Shown here: positions 9,121 to 23,194 of the stretch, in pieces
Position numbering within the stretch: the stretch's first letter is position 1
Layout: every line of letters starts with the position of its first letter
Source of the DNA: Myxococcota bacterium
Lineage (GTDB): Bacteria > Myxococcota_A > Polyangia > Polyangiales > Houyiibacteriaceae
Reading direction: 5' to 3'
Assembly (NCBI GenBank): GCA_039030515.1
Contig: JBCCEA010000020.1
Location: 1 to 64,000, forward strand
DNA length: 64,000 nt
Notes under the pieces: model-generated
What the model saw: the letters and a program-made list of their open reading frames with translations, nothing else
What the model was told of the DNA's origin: nothing
The model's database searches: none
Translations under genes and position numbers: made by a program

Positions 9121-9890
9121 CCTTCGAACGAAAAGGCGCAGTTGAAACGAATGATGGTGGACACGTCTACGCCTCCACGGCTGCGTCCCGGACGCCATCC
9201 GTTTTGTCCATCAAGGGTTCTTCGACACGCTTGGCCGAACTCAGGACTGGAGGCGGACAAGACCTGCAGGACGCGCGCGGTACCGCTGCTGTCGATTCGC
9301 AATCGCACCATGGCCTGTCCGGTACGACCTTCTCTGCGCGCAGCCGAGGGGTAGTTGGCTACGAGTCGAGCGCGGATACCTCCGGGCTGTCCGGGAGCGC
9401 GCGCGAGATCGCTTACCGGAACCACTCCGCCGCCGTTTCTTGCTGGACTGATTGCGTTGGACGAAGTGCGTTCAACCCGTCGGACAGCCCGTGTGGTTCC
9501 GCTGCGCTCCGCGCCTTGTCCAGTGGGCACCGAAAATCCAGGCCCTGGTCCGTTGGCGACGACAACGTTGTCAAAAGCAATCGGCTCGGGCGCTTGGAGC
9601 GGAGTCGGCGGGGCTGGTGCGGGCTCGGCGGGAACAAGCCGGCGGCGTGTCCGGCGGGGCCGAGTAGCCCTCTGTGGTTCGGGAGTCGGCGGCGGCAGTT
9701 CGACTTCCGGTGGGGAGGGCGGTGGTTCGGGAGGATCGGCAGGCAGCTCCACAAAGCGCATCTCGGTCGACCGCTTCGTCGCCGCAACCTGCGGTTGCTC
9801 TGCCTGAATCAAAGCGATTACCGTTATCCCGTGTCCTAGAAAACTAAGGGCGGCGGGGCCGACTTTGGCTCGAAGACCTTCAGTACTCAT
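9117..9890 (-). CDS. tonB: Energy transducer TonB
   Basis: N-terminal TM with S/H motif, Pro-rich linker, YPSAARREGRTGQAMVRLRID; in operon with exbBD. Confidence 0.85.
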   Translation of the reverse strand: MSTEGLRAKVGPAALSFLGHGITVIALIQAEQPQVAATKRSTEMRFVELPADPPEPPPSPPEVELPPPTPEPQRATRPRRTRRRLVPAEPAPAPPTPLQAPEPIAFDNVVVANGPGPGFSVPTGQGAERSGTTRAVRRVERTSSNAISPARNGGGVVPVSDLARAPGQPGGIRARLVANYPSAARREGRTGQAMVRLRIDSSGTARVLQVLSASSPEFGQACRRTLDGQNGWRPGRSRGGVDVSTIIRFNCAFSFEG

Positions 9891-10300
9891 GGCAGCCCCT
9901 CGGGCGGTTTCACCTGGATGGCGAACTTGAAAACGCGCTCACCTCGGAGAATGTCGATGACTGAAACGACGTGCTCATGACGTGTCTGCGCATCTGCACC
10001 CACTACGGCATGGACTTCCGACCCTGCTGTCCGAAGCGCTCGCAACCGTGTGCGCAATCCCGAGACGTCTGCAGGCTCTGCGTCGACGAATATGCGTCCT
10101 TCCGGATCCAACGAAACCGCGATCAATACATGTGCAGCTTCCTCACCGGTTGCTGCTTGAGGCAACTCCAAGGGGATGGTTTCGGCTACGATGGAGGTCG
10201 CAGTGACCATCATGATGATGAGCAACACCAACACGACATCCACGAGCGGAGTGACATTGATGCCCGAAATCGGGCCTTCACCCTGAGAAACGGACGCCAT
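9887..10300 (-). CDS. exbD: Biopolymer transporter ExbD
   Basis: INVTPLVDVVLVLLIIMMV signature. Confidence 0.92.
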   Translation of the reverse strand: MASVSQGEGPISGINVTPLVDVVLVLLIIMMVTATSIVAETIPLELPQAATGEEAAHVLIAVSLDPEGRIFVDAEPADVSGLRTRLRALRTAGSEVHAVVGADAQTRHEHVVSVIDILRGERVFKFAIQVKPPEGLP

Positions 10301-10304
10301 CGGT

Positions 10305-10952
10305 CTACTCCGCTGCTTTCAGTACGCGGTGCGCCAAAGGATCATGAGAGATAAGCTCGGCCGCGAGAGCGCGTGCGGAGGATAGGCGTCGCTTTACGAC
10401 ACCCTGAAAGTAGTTGAATGCAGCCACCGCAGGCAGTGCCACGAGGATACCTACCGCTGTGGCGATGAGCGCCTCACCTACTTCTGTCATCAAGCCAGTG
10501 CTCACGCGCCCATTACTTGCATCGAGCATGCTAAAGGAACGGATGATACCGATGACCGTACCGAGAAGGCCGACAAAGGGAGCGTTGCTGCCAACCGTTC
10601 CCAGAAACGAAAGCCCTCGTTCCATTTGGATGCGGGCCCGCTCCGAGGCTCCGTCCATTGCATGAGACGTCGATGCCGATCGCATTCCGGCGGTGCGCAG
10701 GGCTGCGAGAGCCACCTGAGCTTCGACGCCCCTGCATTCTTCGAGAGCCTCCACGACTTCACGCACTCGGCCCGTGCGGGTCCAATTTAGTAGTTGCTTC
10801 CGTTTGGGAGCCGTTTGGTCGCGCTGGCGTTGAAAGTAAATGACGCGCTCAATCACGACAGTGACAGCCGAAAGAGATAGCCCCACAAGAAGCCACAAAA
10901 TCCAAGTGGCTCCTAAGTCTGACATTACGCGTAGTGCTCTTGCGATATCCAC
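10305..10952 (-). CDS. exbB: MotA/TolQ/ExbB proton channel protein
   Basis: LGTVGSNAPFVGLLGTVIGI and EALIATAVGILVALPAV motifs; AGGAGG upstream of GTG 10952 (track start 10997). Confidence 0.92.
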   Translation of the reverse strand: MDIARALRVMSDLGATWILWLLVGLSLSAVTVVIERVIYFQRQRDQTAPKRKQLLNWTRTGRVREVVEALEECRGVEAQVALAALRTAGMRSASTSHAMDGASERARIQMERGLSFLGTVGSNAPFVGLLGTVIGIIRSFSMLDASNGRVSTGLMTEVGEALIATAVGILVALPAVAAFNYFQGVVKRRLSSARALAAELISHDPLAHRVLKAAE

Positions 10953-11065
10953 GATGTTCCTCCTGTTCGACTTCGGTGATTCGAAGCGCGAGTCCAAAGA
11001 TGGCGCGGAGGAGCCGGGTATTCCGTTGAGTTTATGTATGTGTTTCGCGTAGCATCAGGGCGTTT

Positions 11066-11081
11066 GTATCGCGCTCGTATC
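11066..11081 (-). promoter_or_regulatory. Candidate OmpR-family binding site (GATAC direct repeat, 11-bp period)
   Basis: Minus strand reads GATAC-N6-GATAC in the exbB/spondin divergent spacer; another GATACA near 11154. Confidence 0.3.
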
Positions 11082-11241
11082 TACGCGGAGAAGCCAAGGT
11101 TGAAATTCAAAGAGATGCTCGCTCTCTTTCGTTCGAATCAAGGTGGTTCTGCAGATACAAAACTCCGTAGCGGCAGATTTTGTGTAACCAACGGGCCGCA
11201 CAGCGCGTAGTCCAATGCAGCACCTTCAAAAGGGGAACTAA

Positions 11242-12618
11242 GTGCGTAGAATAATTTTCTTTTATAGCGTTGTCTTACTGGCCACGGCGTGCGGAGATGA
11301 CGACAATTCCGTTTCCATGGACGGCGGCGACGGCGCCACCACGTTCACCGTAGAAATTGAAAACCTCAGCCCGGCATTTGAGTATCCCGCAAGCGGCGCT
11401 CTATCGATGCCGGCCAATATGCCCAACCCGATCGCAGACGGAGAGTCCTATACCATCGAGTTTAAGGCGGCGCCGCGCTACCCAATGCAGATGGACGGCA
11501 CCACGCGGTTTTCCTTCGCGACCATGCTTATCTTGTCGAACGACTACTTCTTTGCACCGGCCGGCACCGGCCTGCCGCTGTTTGACGCAAACGACATGCC
11601 GATCACAGGCGATCGAACTTCGCTCATCAGCATTTGGGATGCAGGAACCGAGATCGACCAGGAGCTTGGAAACGGCGCCAACCAGCCCGGGCCCGAGGGT
11701 ACTCCCGGTGGAGATCCCGATCCCGACAACACGGTCCGCCTGGTCGATCCGAGTGCCGACGATGACCTTCCTCCGGTAGATGAACTCATTCAGGTCGTGG
11801 TTTCCGCCGAAGAAATCGATCGCGAGTGGAACTTCACCGTAACCATCACCAATATTTCGGGAGGTAGCAGCCTGGAGGGACCCTACTCCAACGGCGTCTG
11901 GGTCGTGCATCACCAGACCGACAGTGATTCCGGTCCGATCTTCACTGCAGGCATGCCAGATCGTGGTGAAGGACTCGAGGTCATCGCCGAAGACGGCGTG
12001 CCCGATCCGGACATGGGCGCATCGCTTGCAGACACCCTTGAGGCAGACACGGGCCTAAGCGTGATCTTTTCGCCAGGCGTTTGGGCGGTGCACACCAGCG
12101 ACAATCCATTCTTCACGTCTGGTGAAGAAAACCGCACGGACTCGGTGGGAGACGGCCTGGAGCTCCTCGCTGAAGACGGGGCGAATTCCACGCTCGCGAC
12201 CGCGATTGCCGACGAACCAGGCATTCTTAGCTCCAACACGTTTGGCGATGGCCCGACCGGGCCAGGCGGAACGGTTTCCTTTGAAGTCACGGCAGAGCCT
12301 GGAGACCGCTTTTCTCTTGTGACCATGGTGGTTCCGTCCAACGATTTTGTCTTTGCATCTCCAGACGTCATGGGATTCGAGCTTTTTACGGACGAAGCAC
12401 CCCGCTCGGGCGTGATAAGTGATCTCATCTACATCTGGGATGTAGGTACGGAGATCAATCAGACGCCAGGAGTTGGCCTCGACGCGATTGTTCTGCAGGA
12501 CCCGGCAGGCAACCAAGGTGCAGCAGATCCGGACAACACGGTCCGGATCATCCACGATGAGTCCCAGTTTCCAGCCGCATCGACGGTGTTCCAGGTCACG
12601 GTAACACCAGCTTCCTGA
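11242..12618 (+). CDS. Spondin_N domain-containing lipoprotein (repeated spondin modules)
   Basis: Lipobox LATAC; repeated ATMLILSNDYFFA...WDAGTE and VTMVVPSNDFVFA...WDVGTE, plus GLExxAEDG motifs. Confidence 0.85.
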   Translation: MRRIIFFYSVVLLATACGDDDNSVSMDGGDGATTFTVEIENLSPAFEYPASGALSMPANMPNPIADGESYTIEFKAAPRYPMQMDGTTRFSFATMLILSNDYFFAPAGTGLPLFDANDMPITGDRTSLISIWDAGTEIDQELGNGANQPGPEGTPGGDPDPDNTVRLVDPSADDDLPPVDELIQVVVSAEEIDREWNFTVTITNISGGSSLEGPYSNGVWVVHHQTDSDSGPIFTAGMPDRGEGLEVIAEDGVPDPDMGASLADTLEADTGLSVIFSPGVWAVHTSDNPFFTSGEENRTDSVGDGLELLAEDGANSTLATAIADEPGILSSNTFGDGPTGPGGTVSFEVTAEPGDRFSLVTMVVPSNDFVFASPDVMGFELFTDEAPRSGVISDLIYIWDVGTEINQTPGVGLDAIVLQDPAGNQGAADPDNTVRIIHDESQFPAASTVFQVTVTPAS

Positions 12619-12652
12619 TACGAACGGGCGCTAAACACAGAGAGAGCCAAGG

Positions 12653-12689
12653 GACGTGAACGCCAGCTTTGGAAGAGGGCGTTCACGTC
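12653..12689 (+). terminator. Stem-loop downstream of the spondin gene
   Basis: Perfect 12-bp inverted repeat GACGTGAACGCC/GGCGTTCACGTC, 34 nt after the stop; no U-tract. Confidence 0.45.
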
Positions 12690-13039
12690 ATACCGATGAA
12701 GGCAAACCCAGCACCGAGGGGATGCCAGGGTACGCGGAGGGAGCTTGCGTGAGGACCGTACAAAGCTCTAGCAGACCACGCATGCCACGATTCGTGCAGA
12801 AGAGTCCAAAGCGCTTGCGAGCAGGAGGCGAGGGTCACACCGAGTGCACCTGACGCAACAATTCTGGCGAGCAGAGCCCGGAGAGATAGATCGGATCCTT
12901 CGCCAAGGTATGTCTTAGTAGAGCCAATTCTTCCGCAATGCCATGCAAGCAACGACATCGCGCTTGCAAGCTGGGACTTCAGTTCCGTGAGTACATCAGA
13001 TGGGGAACTCGGCTCTCGCTCTGGACAGCACGGAACTTA

Positions 13040-13068
13040 GATATCTAAATCTATGATATCTAAATCTA
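13040..13068. repeat. 14-bp direct repeat GATATCTAAATCTA x2 (15-bp period)
   Basis: Seen directly; overlaps the palindrome TAGATATCTA at 13038-13047. Confidence 0.7.
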
Positions 13069-13317
13069 CGCGCCCACTGTCATGTTCTTTTGGAGAGTTA
13101 ATGAGTCGTACTCCGTGAACAGATGCACACCTTTAGCAATTAGCCCCAGGCGACTGACAAGTGTGCAGCTGACCAACCATCGGACGAATAGAGAGAGTAA
13201 TCGACGTTATGGGACGCAATAACGGAACTGATGTTTACAGTGATTCAACTCACTTAAGCTGTCAACCCACGTCGCAAGGTGAACTCCGAAGGCACGGGGC
13301 GATAAAAGTACCGGTAA

Positions 13318-13923
13318 ATGAAAATCGACACAATCGACATCTCAGATCACACGCTATCTGCGCTACGCGTTACGGAGCGGTGGATGCCCTGGGATTTGAA
13401 CGGCAAACCATCGGGAATCGACTCTAAATCGGACTGTGCGTCAGTTTTCGGCACGATGTATGGAGGGCATACGATGGAGCCCGGAGACGCGGGAATTTCG
13501 ATGGAGTTGGGCTACTCCCTTCAAGACATTCCCCATCAGGCGGTCCGCGCCGAAATCGACCTCGTGATACTGGACTCCTGGGGCGCGAGCGGCTCAGGCA
13601 TGTCTGCGGACGACAGCGTCACGTTCTTCCTGCTCGGGGGATATCTAGAGGACGGGATAGCTTCTCAGGATTACCTATCAGAGGGGGTTGTCTTGGGCTC
13701 CGAATACCCAACCTTCGTGTTTCAAAAAGACAAAAGCCATGCCCACGTCTGTGGTCATTCACAATATCGAGACATCGGAGAGATAACGATCTCTGCTCGA
13801 GCGGCCCGCACAAAGACCGCAGTCGTCACCGAAGAGCTGAGTGTTAATTTCCAGTCCGAACTAGACGAATGTGCAGCCAACGAATCCGTTGGTGTTCTTG
13901 CAGTCAGACTCATGGTTCGCTGA
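13318..13923 (+). CDS. Hypothetical protein, N-terminally shorter paralogue of 14063-14971
   Basis: Shares SALR..E.W.P, SDCA...MYGG, ELGY.LQ..PHQ.VR.EI, ILDSW and NES.GV.AVRLMVR with the next gene; lacks the signal peptide. Confidence 0.7.
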   Translation: MKIDTIDISDHTLSALRVTERWMPWDLNGKPSGIDSKSDCASVFGTMYGGHTMEPGDAGISMELGYSLQDIPHQAVRAEIDLVILDSWGASGSGMSADDSVTFFLLGGYLEDGIASQDYLSEGVVLGSEYPTFVFQKDKSHAHVCGHSQYRDIGEITISARAARTKTAVVTEELSVNFQSELDECAANESVGVLAVRLMVR

Positions 13924-14062
13924 TACGACAAAAACAGTCTGTAACTCGAGCGCCCAACAATAGCGTGTGCTAGCTTAATCGCATTCTCTTCCCCAATTTA
14001 GACACGTCTAGTCGTTAAGAGAGGAATCGGCAGCCAGGAGAACCTATGCCCTGGCAAAGCAG

Positions 14063-14971
14063 ATGGAGTCTATAATGAACATAAATTCTTTGCCCTACGA
14101 CGCATCAGTTCGACGGGGAACACTCATCCTTACGCTGATGGCCGCCACGGCTTGCGCTGACGATACCTCCACTACAGTTGACGCCTCCACTACAGTTGAC
14201 GCCTCCTTCTCCACAACTCCATCCAGCTGTCAGCAAATTTTCGATGAGAATCCCAATGCGAGCGATGGGTCTTATGTGGTGGATCCAGGCACTGGCGACG
14301 AAACTTGGAATTGCGTTTTCTTCAGCGATCAGAGCGACCCTGACTACGGTGGGTGGCGGCTGCTCGATGTGCTCGATGTATCGGCGTACGAGACGTCTGC
14401 ACTGCGCACTACGGAGCAATGGGCGCCCCGAGCTTGGGGCAGCACTCCATCGGGAGTTGACGAAGCATCAGACTGTGCGCTCCTTTACGGACCGATGTAC
14501 GGCGGACCCACCTGGGACCCCGGAGCAGATGGAATTTCTGTAGAGCTGGGATACGCCCTCCAAAACACTCCCCATCAAGAAGTTCGCGGCGAAATTGAAC
14601 TCGCAATATTGGATTCCTGGGACAGTCTCAGTGCCCCCGTTCCGGATACCGTAACTTTCTTTGTATTTGGTGGGTATCTCACGGACCCTCCGGTCGCTTC
14701 CGTGGACTACATATCAGAGGGAGTCATACTGGGCTCCAGCGGGGACACCACCGCATTCCCTGTTTTTTCCTTTCAGCGAACGGACGAGGACGAGAACCTT
14801 TGCGGCGGAGTCTTTCGAGACATCGGTCGTCAAACACTCGTCGCCCGAGCCAACCGGACCGAGACCAAAGTGCTCACCGAAGACCTCACCGTGAACTTCC
14901 GCGCCAGTTTGGATGAACCCTCCGAAAACGAATCCATTGGTGTTGTTGCAGTCAGACTCATGGTTCGCTGA
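14063..14971 (+). CDS. Lipoprotein with fibrinogen-like N-terminal segment and uncharacterised C-terminal domain
   Basis: Lipobox ATAC; SCQQI..NPNASDGSYVVDP...C...DYGGWRL resembles the fibrinogen-like SC..I...G.Y.I....C.....GGW motif. Confidence 0.65.
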   Translation: MESIMNINSLPYDASVRRGTLILTLMAATACADDTSTTVDASTTVDASFSTTPSSCQQIFDENPNASDGSYVVDPGTGDETWNCVFFSDQSDPDYGGWRLLDVLDVSAYETSALRTTEQWAPRAWGSTPSGVDEASDCALLYGPMYGGPTWDPGADGISVELGYALQNTPHQEVRGEIELAILDSWDSLSAPVPDTVTFFVFGGYLTDPPVASVDYISEGVILGSSGDTTAFPVFSFQRTDEDENLCGGVFRDIGRQTLVARANRTETKVLTEDLTVNFRASLDEPSENESIGVVAVRLMVR

Positions 14972-15127
14972 TCAGAAGTATGAGTGGATCACTGCACGCC
15001 CTGAGTGGATCGATCTTGATTGGCAACGGGTCTCCTGAACCCTAATCGCTTGCTCGATTGCTGCTTCGTGAGTAATACCCCGCGCAGTCTTCCGCGGGCA
15101 CGCGGTAGGAATGAAAAGGTTTAGGGA

Positions 15128-17215
<2,088 letters not shown>

Positions 17216-17281
17216 GGTTCGTCATGCACGAAGAGATGCTCGACGCCTCGTGGTGAACCGAGACAAGGAGACAAGATTGCG

Positions 17282-17650
17282 ATGAACGCTCTAGAGGTAG
17301 GTAAGAAGCTCATCGAACTATGGAATGCGGGGCGCACTCTTGAAGCGCTCAACACGTTCTATGCTGACGACGTGGAAAGTATCGAAGCTGTGGACCCACC
17401 AGAATCAGAACGCGTGCAAAAAGGAATCGAGGCCGTGCGCGCAAAGAACATCTGGTGGTACGAGCATCATGAGGTGCATTCATTCAAGGCCGAAGGTCCC
17501 TACCCTCATGGAGAGGACCGGTTCGCGGTCCGGTTCATCGGAGACGTGACCTACAAGGCGACCCAGCACAGGATGAGCTTTGACGAAATCGGTGTGTACA
17601 CGCTTTCGTCCGGCAAGGTAGTTCGGGAAGAGTTTTTCTACCAGATGTAG
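17282..17650 (+). CDS. SnoaL-like/NTF2-family protein
   Basis: YADDVESIEA...GIEAVRAKNIWW...EVH...EGPY...E.GVYT...GKVVREEFFY. Confidence 0.8.
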   Translation: MNALEVGKKLIELWNAGRTLEALNTFYADDVESIEAVDPPESERVQKGIEAVRAKNIWWYEHHEVHSFKAEGPYPHGEDRFAVRFIGDVTYKATQHRMSFDEIGVYTLSSGKVVREEFFYQM

Positions 17651-17715
17651 GCGCAACCGCTCGGCTCACGATGCCTAGCCCAGCACCTGAGTTGGAAGCG
17701 CCTCGCCTCTGCTCT

Positions 17716-17783
17716 CTCGCTCAACACACCACCTCGCTCAACACACCACCTCGCTCAGCACACCACCTCGCTCAATACACCAC
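17716..17783. repeat. Intergenic 17-bp tandem repeat x4 (CTCGCTCAACACACCAC)
   Basis: Four contiguous units; units 3 and 4 carry one substitution each. Confidence 0.92.
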
Positions 17784-17969
17784 ACTGTGCTTTGAAACGC
17801 TCTTGCGAGAAATCCGCTCCTTCATGACATCCCGCGACCTCATCGAATCAAAATCATTCCGGCCTCTGATGCCGCCTCCGAACGGTGCGCAAATCCGACG
17901 TGCACAACGCGTATGCGTTCAAGGATTCGCGGTTGAGTTTTGCGTTCACGCGCTCGCAGAGCGCACCCG

Positions 17970-18803
17970 ATGATCCGTATCGCCGTCCACGGAGCTTCTG
18001 GACGTATGGGACGGGAGGTGCTTCGCCTCGTGCTTGCAGACCCTATCGTTTCCTTGGTTGCTGCCTTCGATCGCGACGAAAGCGACCAGATAGGAAGCGA
18101 CGCAGCAGCGCTGTGCGGCGAGGCCCCTTGCGGCGTCGAAATCCTCAGCTTGAGCGATCGGGAAGCGATCGAGCAGCGGCTTGCAGAAACGGATGTCGTC
18201 GTCGATTTCTCACTGCCCAATGCCCTGATGAAGCTGTGTACCTGGTGCGAAGAGCAGCGCGTGCCGCTCGTGACAGGGACCACCGGCCTGAGCCAAGCGC
18301 AGGACGAGCGGCTCAGTGAATTGGCCCAGGCGGTGCCTTTGGTGCACGCGCCAAACTTCAGCCAGGGTGTGGGCGCACTCCTTGAGCTCGCCAAGCAGGC
18401 GATCGGACTGCTCGATGAGGAGTTCGATCTCGAAATTGTCGAGATGCATCACCGCAAAAAGGTCGACGCTCCGAGTGGAACCGCTAGGAAACTCGCAGAG
18501 GTCTCCGCCGACGCAAAAGGGTGGCCACACACGACCATCCGCGAGACGCGGTCCGGGACGATTGGACCCCGCGAGGATGAAGAGATCGGAGTAATGACCC
18601 TTCGGGGAGGAGACGTTGTCGGCGAGCACACGCTCATTCTCTCAGGCGCAGGAGAGCGGCTCGAGCTCACCCATCGCGCGACCGATCGATCTATTTTTGC
18701 GCGCGGAGCCGTTCGCGCAGCAAAGTGGCTCGTGGGTCGTCCTGCACGGCGATACTCGATGCAGGATGTCATCCGCGCTGCCGGCCAAGAGCAGACGTCC
18801 TAA
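17970..18803 (+). CDS. dapB: 4-hydroxy-tetrahydrodipicolinate reductase
   Basis: GASGRMG, VVDFS, GTTG, APNFSQGV, EMHHRKKVDAPSGTA, RGGDVVGEH, IFARGA. Confidence 0.96.
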   Translation: MIRIAVHGASGRMGREVLRLVLADPIVSLVAAFDRDESDQIGSDAAALCGEAPCGVEILSLSDREAIEQRLAETDVVVDFSLPNALMKLCTWCEEQRVPLVTGTTGLSQAQDERLSELAQAVPLVHAPNFSQGVGALLELAKQAIGLLDEEFDLEIVEMHHRKKVDAPSGTARKLAEVSADAKGWPHTTIRETRSGTIGPREDEEIGVMTLRGGDVVGEHTLILSGAGERLELTHRATDRSIFARGAVRAAKWLVGRPARRYSMQDVIRAAGQEQTS

Positions 18804-18956
18804 GGCTCGCGGCCAGGTTGCCTGACGGTGCATTCAAGCCGTGCGGCCCTACCGAAACCTTCTCATCGATTAAGCATCGCCATGCGCGAAACCCAAATCG
18901 CACTCGGCCCTCCCCTGCTCCTCCGGCAGGCCGTTCGAACTTTGCTATAGCCAGGA

Positions 18957-22046
<3,090 letters not shown>

Positions 22047-22075
22047 CGATGCTGGGTCCGCTTCAAGGGTCTGCG

Positions 22076-23035
22076 CTAATAGTGCCAGGGAAACGGTGAG
22101 AAGTTCTTGGGACGCTTTTCCAGAAAAGCATCGCGACCTTCCTGGGCCTCCTCGGTCGCGTAGGCAAGCCGGGTCGCCTCTCCGGCAAAAAGCTGCTGCC
22201 CAACAAGCCCGTCATCGATCATATTGAATGCATATTTCAGCATCCGGATGGCCGTGGGGCTCTTTTCGTTGATCTTGCGTGCCCAGTCCAAGGCGCAACT
22301 CTCGAGCACCTCGTGATCGACCACCGTGTTGACCATACCCATGGCCGCCGCGTCCTCGGCGCTGTAGTTGTCTCCGATGAAGAAGATCTCTCGAGCTTTC
22401 TTTTGGCCCACCTGTCGCGCCAGAAGAGCGGAACCGTAGCCACCATCGAAACTGGCCACATCTGGATCGGTTTGCTTGAAGCGAGCATGCTGCCGACTGG
22501 CGATGGTCAAATCGCAGACAACGTGCAAACTGTGCCCACCGCCGACAGCCCAACCGGGAACCACTGCGATCACGACCTTGGGCATAAAGCGAATCTGACG
22601 CTGGACTTCCAAGATGTGCAGGCGACCCAATCGCGCCCGGTCTACCGGGTGTCTCGCGTTCTCTCGGTCGCTCGCGTTCTCTCGATCGCCTGCGCACTCC
22701 TGCTGCGCGTCGTGCTCCTGCTGCGCGTCGTACTTGTAGCCGTCTTTGCCGCGAATCCGTTGATCTCCTCCCGCGCAGAACGCCCAACCCCCGTCTTTCT
22801 GCGAGGGACCGTTTCCGGTAAGGAGCACACAGCCCACATCGCTGCTGAGGCGCGCGTGCTCGAGTGCCTGCTGGAGTTCATCGACGGTATGGGGTCGAAA
22901 CGCGTTGCGCACCTCTGCACGATCGAATGCGATCCGGACGGTGCCGTCGTCTTTCGCTCGATGGTAGGTGATGTCTGTGAACGAGAAACCTTCAACGAGG
23001 CGCCATCTCTGAGAATCGAAAAGTTCGGAAACCAT
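22076..23035 (-). CDS. menB: 1,4-dihydroxy-2-naphthoyl-CoA synthase
   Basis: VRNAFRP, FCAGGDQRIRG, GWAVGGGHSLHVVCDLT, SFDGGYGS, EAQEGRDAFLEKR; likely start ATG 23035 (track start 23149). Confidence 0.96.
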   Translation of the reverse strand: MVSELFDSQRWRLVEGFSFTDITYHRAKDDGTVRIAFDRAEVRNAFRPHTVDELQQALEHARLSSDVGCVLLTGNGPSQKDGGWAFCAGGDQRIRGKDGYKYDAQQEHDAQQECAGDRENASDRENARHPVDRARLGRLHILEVQRQIRFMPKVVIAVVPGWAVGGGHSLHVVCDLTIASRQHARFKQTDPDVASFDGGYGSALLARQVGQKKAREIFFIGDNYSAEDAAAMGMVNTVVDHEVLESCALDWARKINEKSPTAIRMLKYAFNMIDDGLVGQQLFAGEATRLAYATEEAQEGRDAFLEKRPKNFSPFPWHY

Positions 23036-23194
23036 AGCCTCCCCTGCGATGAAATTCTTGGTAGCCCAAAACACCACTATCGCAAGCAGGTCTAGGACTC
23101 TCGCTGAGCCAAACGCGCTGTGACGCGACTCCTGCAGCAAGTCCTCCATAAAAGAACCCCAGGGAAGCCAGCACCTCCGTTCCCGCCCAACGAA

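Noticed and set aside
8134..9354. Long antisense or alternate-frame ORFs (for example 8134-9354, 15443-16489, 29652-30752)
   Set aside because: They overlap well-supported genes, lack motifs, and are expected in GC-rich DNA.
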